DNA of 64,000 nucleotides from Methanotrichaceae archaeon (GTDB lineage: Archaea; Halobacteriota; Methanosarcinia; Methanotrichales; Methanotrichaceae): positions 1 to 64,000 of the forward strand of contig CAVWIG010000021.1 in NCBI GenBank assembly GCA_963754945.1. The letters run 5' to 3'. The translations under genes were made by a program, and so were the position numbers. The stretch's first letter is position 1, and the number at the start of each line of letters is the position of its first letter. Positions 62,284-64,000 of this stretch are shown here, one piece after another. Below the pieces are notes generated by a model that saw only the letters and a list, made by a program, of their open reading frames with translations, was not told the DNA's origin and did no database searches.

Positions 62284-63473
62284 ACGTGCAGCCGCCTCAT
62301 TCCTGCCTCCATCATTCCGAGGAACTCTGCACCGACGGCCACTACGCTATTGGTGAAGATTGATGCGTTGATCTCGAAGATAGGGTACCTGAACTTAGTG
62401 TAATCCGACATCAGCCAGGTCGTTGAGCTGGTGTCGCCGCAGAACAGTCCTGAGTACTCAGGCTTAACAGGCACGAAAACGATATCGTCAGTACGTCCGT
62501 GCTTTCTCATCAAAGACACGAGCCGAGAGGATCGGTTCGCGGTAATGGGCATGACATCCGCTCCCTTGCTCAATGCGTGCGCGGCACCCTCCAGGGCCTC
62601 GTAGGTGTTCCCGATTCCGCTTATGGGGAGGTACACGTCCCCTATCTGGAAGGACGGGGTGTTGAAGTCTCTCTCCCAGTAGCTTATCTTGTTCAGGTGA
62701 GTGAACCTCATCTCGAAGGCACGGGCCACTAGGCCGGACCGGCCCACGCCCCCGATGACATATCTGCCGCTTCGCGGAAGAAGACGGTTGAACCAGTGCT
62801 CCAGGCTGTCTGGGTCCATGTCGACTATGAGCCTAGCGTTCTCTTCGAAGTCCTTTATGGTGGAGCGGTATTCGGGGCAGGAAACATCACACACGCCTTT
62901 TAACCTCGACTGGATGTCCTTGAAAACGGCGTTGAGGAAGGCCAGCACCTCCAGCTCGAACTCCGTTCCCAGGGGGGAGAGCCTGGATCTGGTCTCTTTG
63001 TCTGTGCTGTACTTTGTCCTGGCCTTGAAAACGAGGACTGAGCCCTTATCGTATTCTTTCACCAGCTTGTAGGCTGTGCCCTGCTCGTTTGCTGTTATCA
63101 GCTTGATCTCCCCTCCGTGGGCGATCACATCCTCTATGTACTTGTTGACCGATGAGGTCTCTCCCGATCCTGAAATGGCCAGCCCCAGGTTCTTGGCGCC
63201 CTTCCTGTAGTGCCTCTGAACTGGATCCTCTAGGGTGAAGGGGAAGACGTTGTCGAAGTGGTTCTGTATGAGCTGGAGGAAGCTGTACAGGGATAGGGCG
63301 CTCCTGCCAGCAGCCAGCCCGTACACGAACTTGTTCTCTGGTGTTGGGTTCAAAAAAGACACCATGGAGTCAGAGAAGGCTGCAACATCCGCCATGTCCA
63401 GATCGAGCAGCTTCTTCAAGAACTCGCACTGAAGGACTGTTGCTTCGCGAAAAGTCTCAATCAAGCCTGACAT
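62280..63473 (-). CDS. Tandem SIS-domain protein (6-phospho-3-hexuloisomerase-like)
   Basis: AGRS...ISGSGET...PLGTEFE, then a second GVGRSG...ISGIGNT unit. Confidence 0.75.
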   Translation of the reverse strand: MSGLIETFREATVLQCEFLKKLLDLDMADVAAFSDSMVSFLNPTPENKFVYGLAAGRSALSLYSFLQLIQNHFDNVFPFTLEDPVQRHYRKGAKNLGLAISGSGETSSVNKYIEDVIAHGGEIKLITANEQGTAYKLVKEYDKGSVLVFKARTKYSTDKETRSRLSPLGTEFELEVLAFLNAVFKDIQSRLKGVCDVSCPEYRSTIKDFEENARLIVDMDPDSLEHWFNRLLPRSGRYVIGGVGRSGLVARAFEMRFTHLNKISYWERDFNTPSFQIGDVYLPISGIGNTYEALEGAAHALSKGADVMPITANRSSRLVSLMRKHGRTDDIVFVPVKPEYSGLFCGDTSSTTWLMSDYTKFRYPIFEINASIFTNSVVAVGAEFLGMMEAGMRRLHV

Positions 63474-63516
63474 ACGAGTCAGACTACGCCGTCATCGGAT
63501 AAGCCTTTCTAGTTCT

Positions 63517-64000
63517 CTAGCTTATGACCTCTGATAGTGTATTCGTCTCCCTGGCCAGTTTTATCTCCTGGGCAATGCGTTTGCCGTTGGAGAGGTTGCG
63601 CTCGACCAGATCAGAGTAAGGCGAGCCGCTGACGAATAGGTTGGTGCCTGCGACGATCCTGGCCGATATCTCGAAGACCTTGAACTCCAGCTCGTCTGTG
63701 ACGATAGTCTCCAGGCTAAAGGGACCGATCATCCCTCCGAAAAGCTCGATGGACGTTTCGACCACCCGTTCGCCAAGCTCGAAGACCTTTGGAAGCAGTG
63801 ACTCCCTGAGCACCAGGGGCAGGTTGCCGGTGACAACGAAGCTGGGATAGATCCCTGCCTCGGCCAGCTCGTTCATGGACCCGATCCGAAAGATCTCGTC
63901 GGCGTTCGACTCGACTCTTCTGTCGATGCCTAACATGTCCAGGGTCCCTTTCTTTAGCTTGTATCCTTCTGTCTTTACGGGGGAATAGAAGAAATGAATG
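63517..64000 (-). CDS. purP: Formate--phosphoribosylaminoimidazolecarboxamide ligase PurP, 3' part (runs off the window)
   Basis: VTGNLPLVLRESLL, GPFSLE and FEISARIVAGTN motifs. Confidence 0.92.
   Translation of the reverse strand, partial: IHFFYSPVKTEGYKLKKGTLDMLGIDRRVESNADEIFRIGSMNELAEAGIYPSFVVTGNLPLVLRESLLPKVFELGERVVETSIELFGGMIGPFSLETIVTDELEFKVFEISARIVAGTNLFVSGSPYSDLVERNLSNGKRIAQEIKLARETNTLSEVIS

Overview
Archaeal chromosome segment from a methanogen, most likely Methanothrix/Methanotrichales. Support: chromosomal protein MC1, F430 genes cfbB/cfbC, a DUF1608-type S-layer protein, the archaeal spt5-L11-L1-P0-L12 cluster, archease-rtcB, endA and a non-discriminating AspRS. Most of the window is housekeeping, with three tRNAs (Val-TAC, Glu-CTC, Leu-TAG). 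The main accessory feature is a ~14.9 kb element integrated at tRNA-Leu(TAG), bounded by 57-bp att repeats (18347-18403 and 33210-33266). It encodes a tyrosine integrase, a ribbon-helix-helix regulator, a cold-shock-domain protein, a prim-pol, an HNH-AP2 nuclease, a P-loop helicase followed by a GTAAC iteron cluster, a long hairpin region, a probable small terminase and a large terminase split into separate ATPase and nuclease genes. No portal, capsid or tail gene is recognisable, so it looks like a PICI-style virus satellite of a methanogen. Other points of interest: an SLC5(-STAC)-2xDUF835 sensor in an operon with a degenerate KaiC-like ATPase; ribosomal P0 with its conserved tail cut off by two in-frame stops; a divergent type II GAPDH; several IS elements and a nested MITE. 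The first 3.5 kb is a fold-back palindrome that is probably an assembly artefact. Several single-base frameshifts (cfbB and others) suggest residual sequencing errors. All calls come from motif recognition by eye; no database searches were run.
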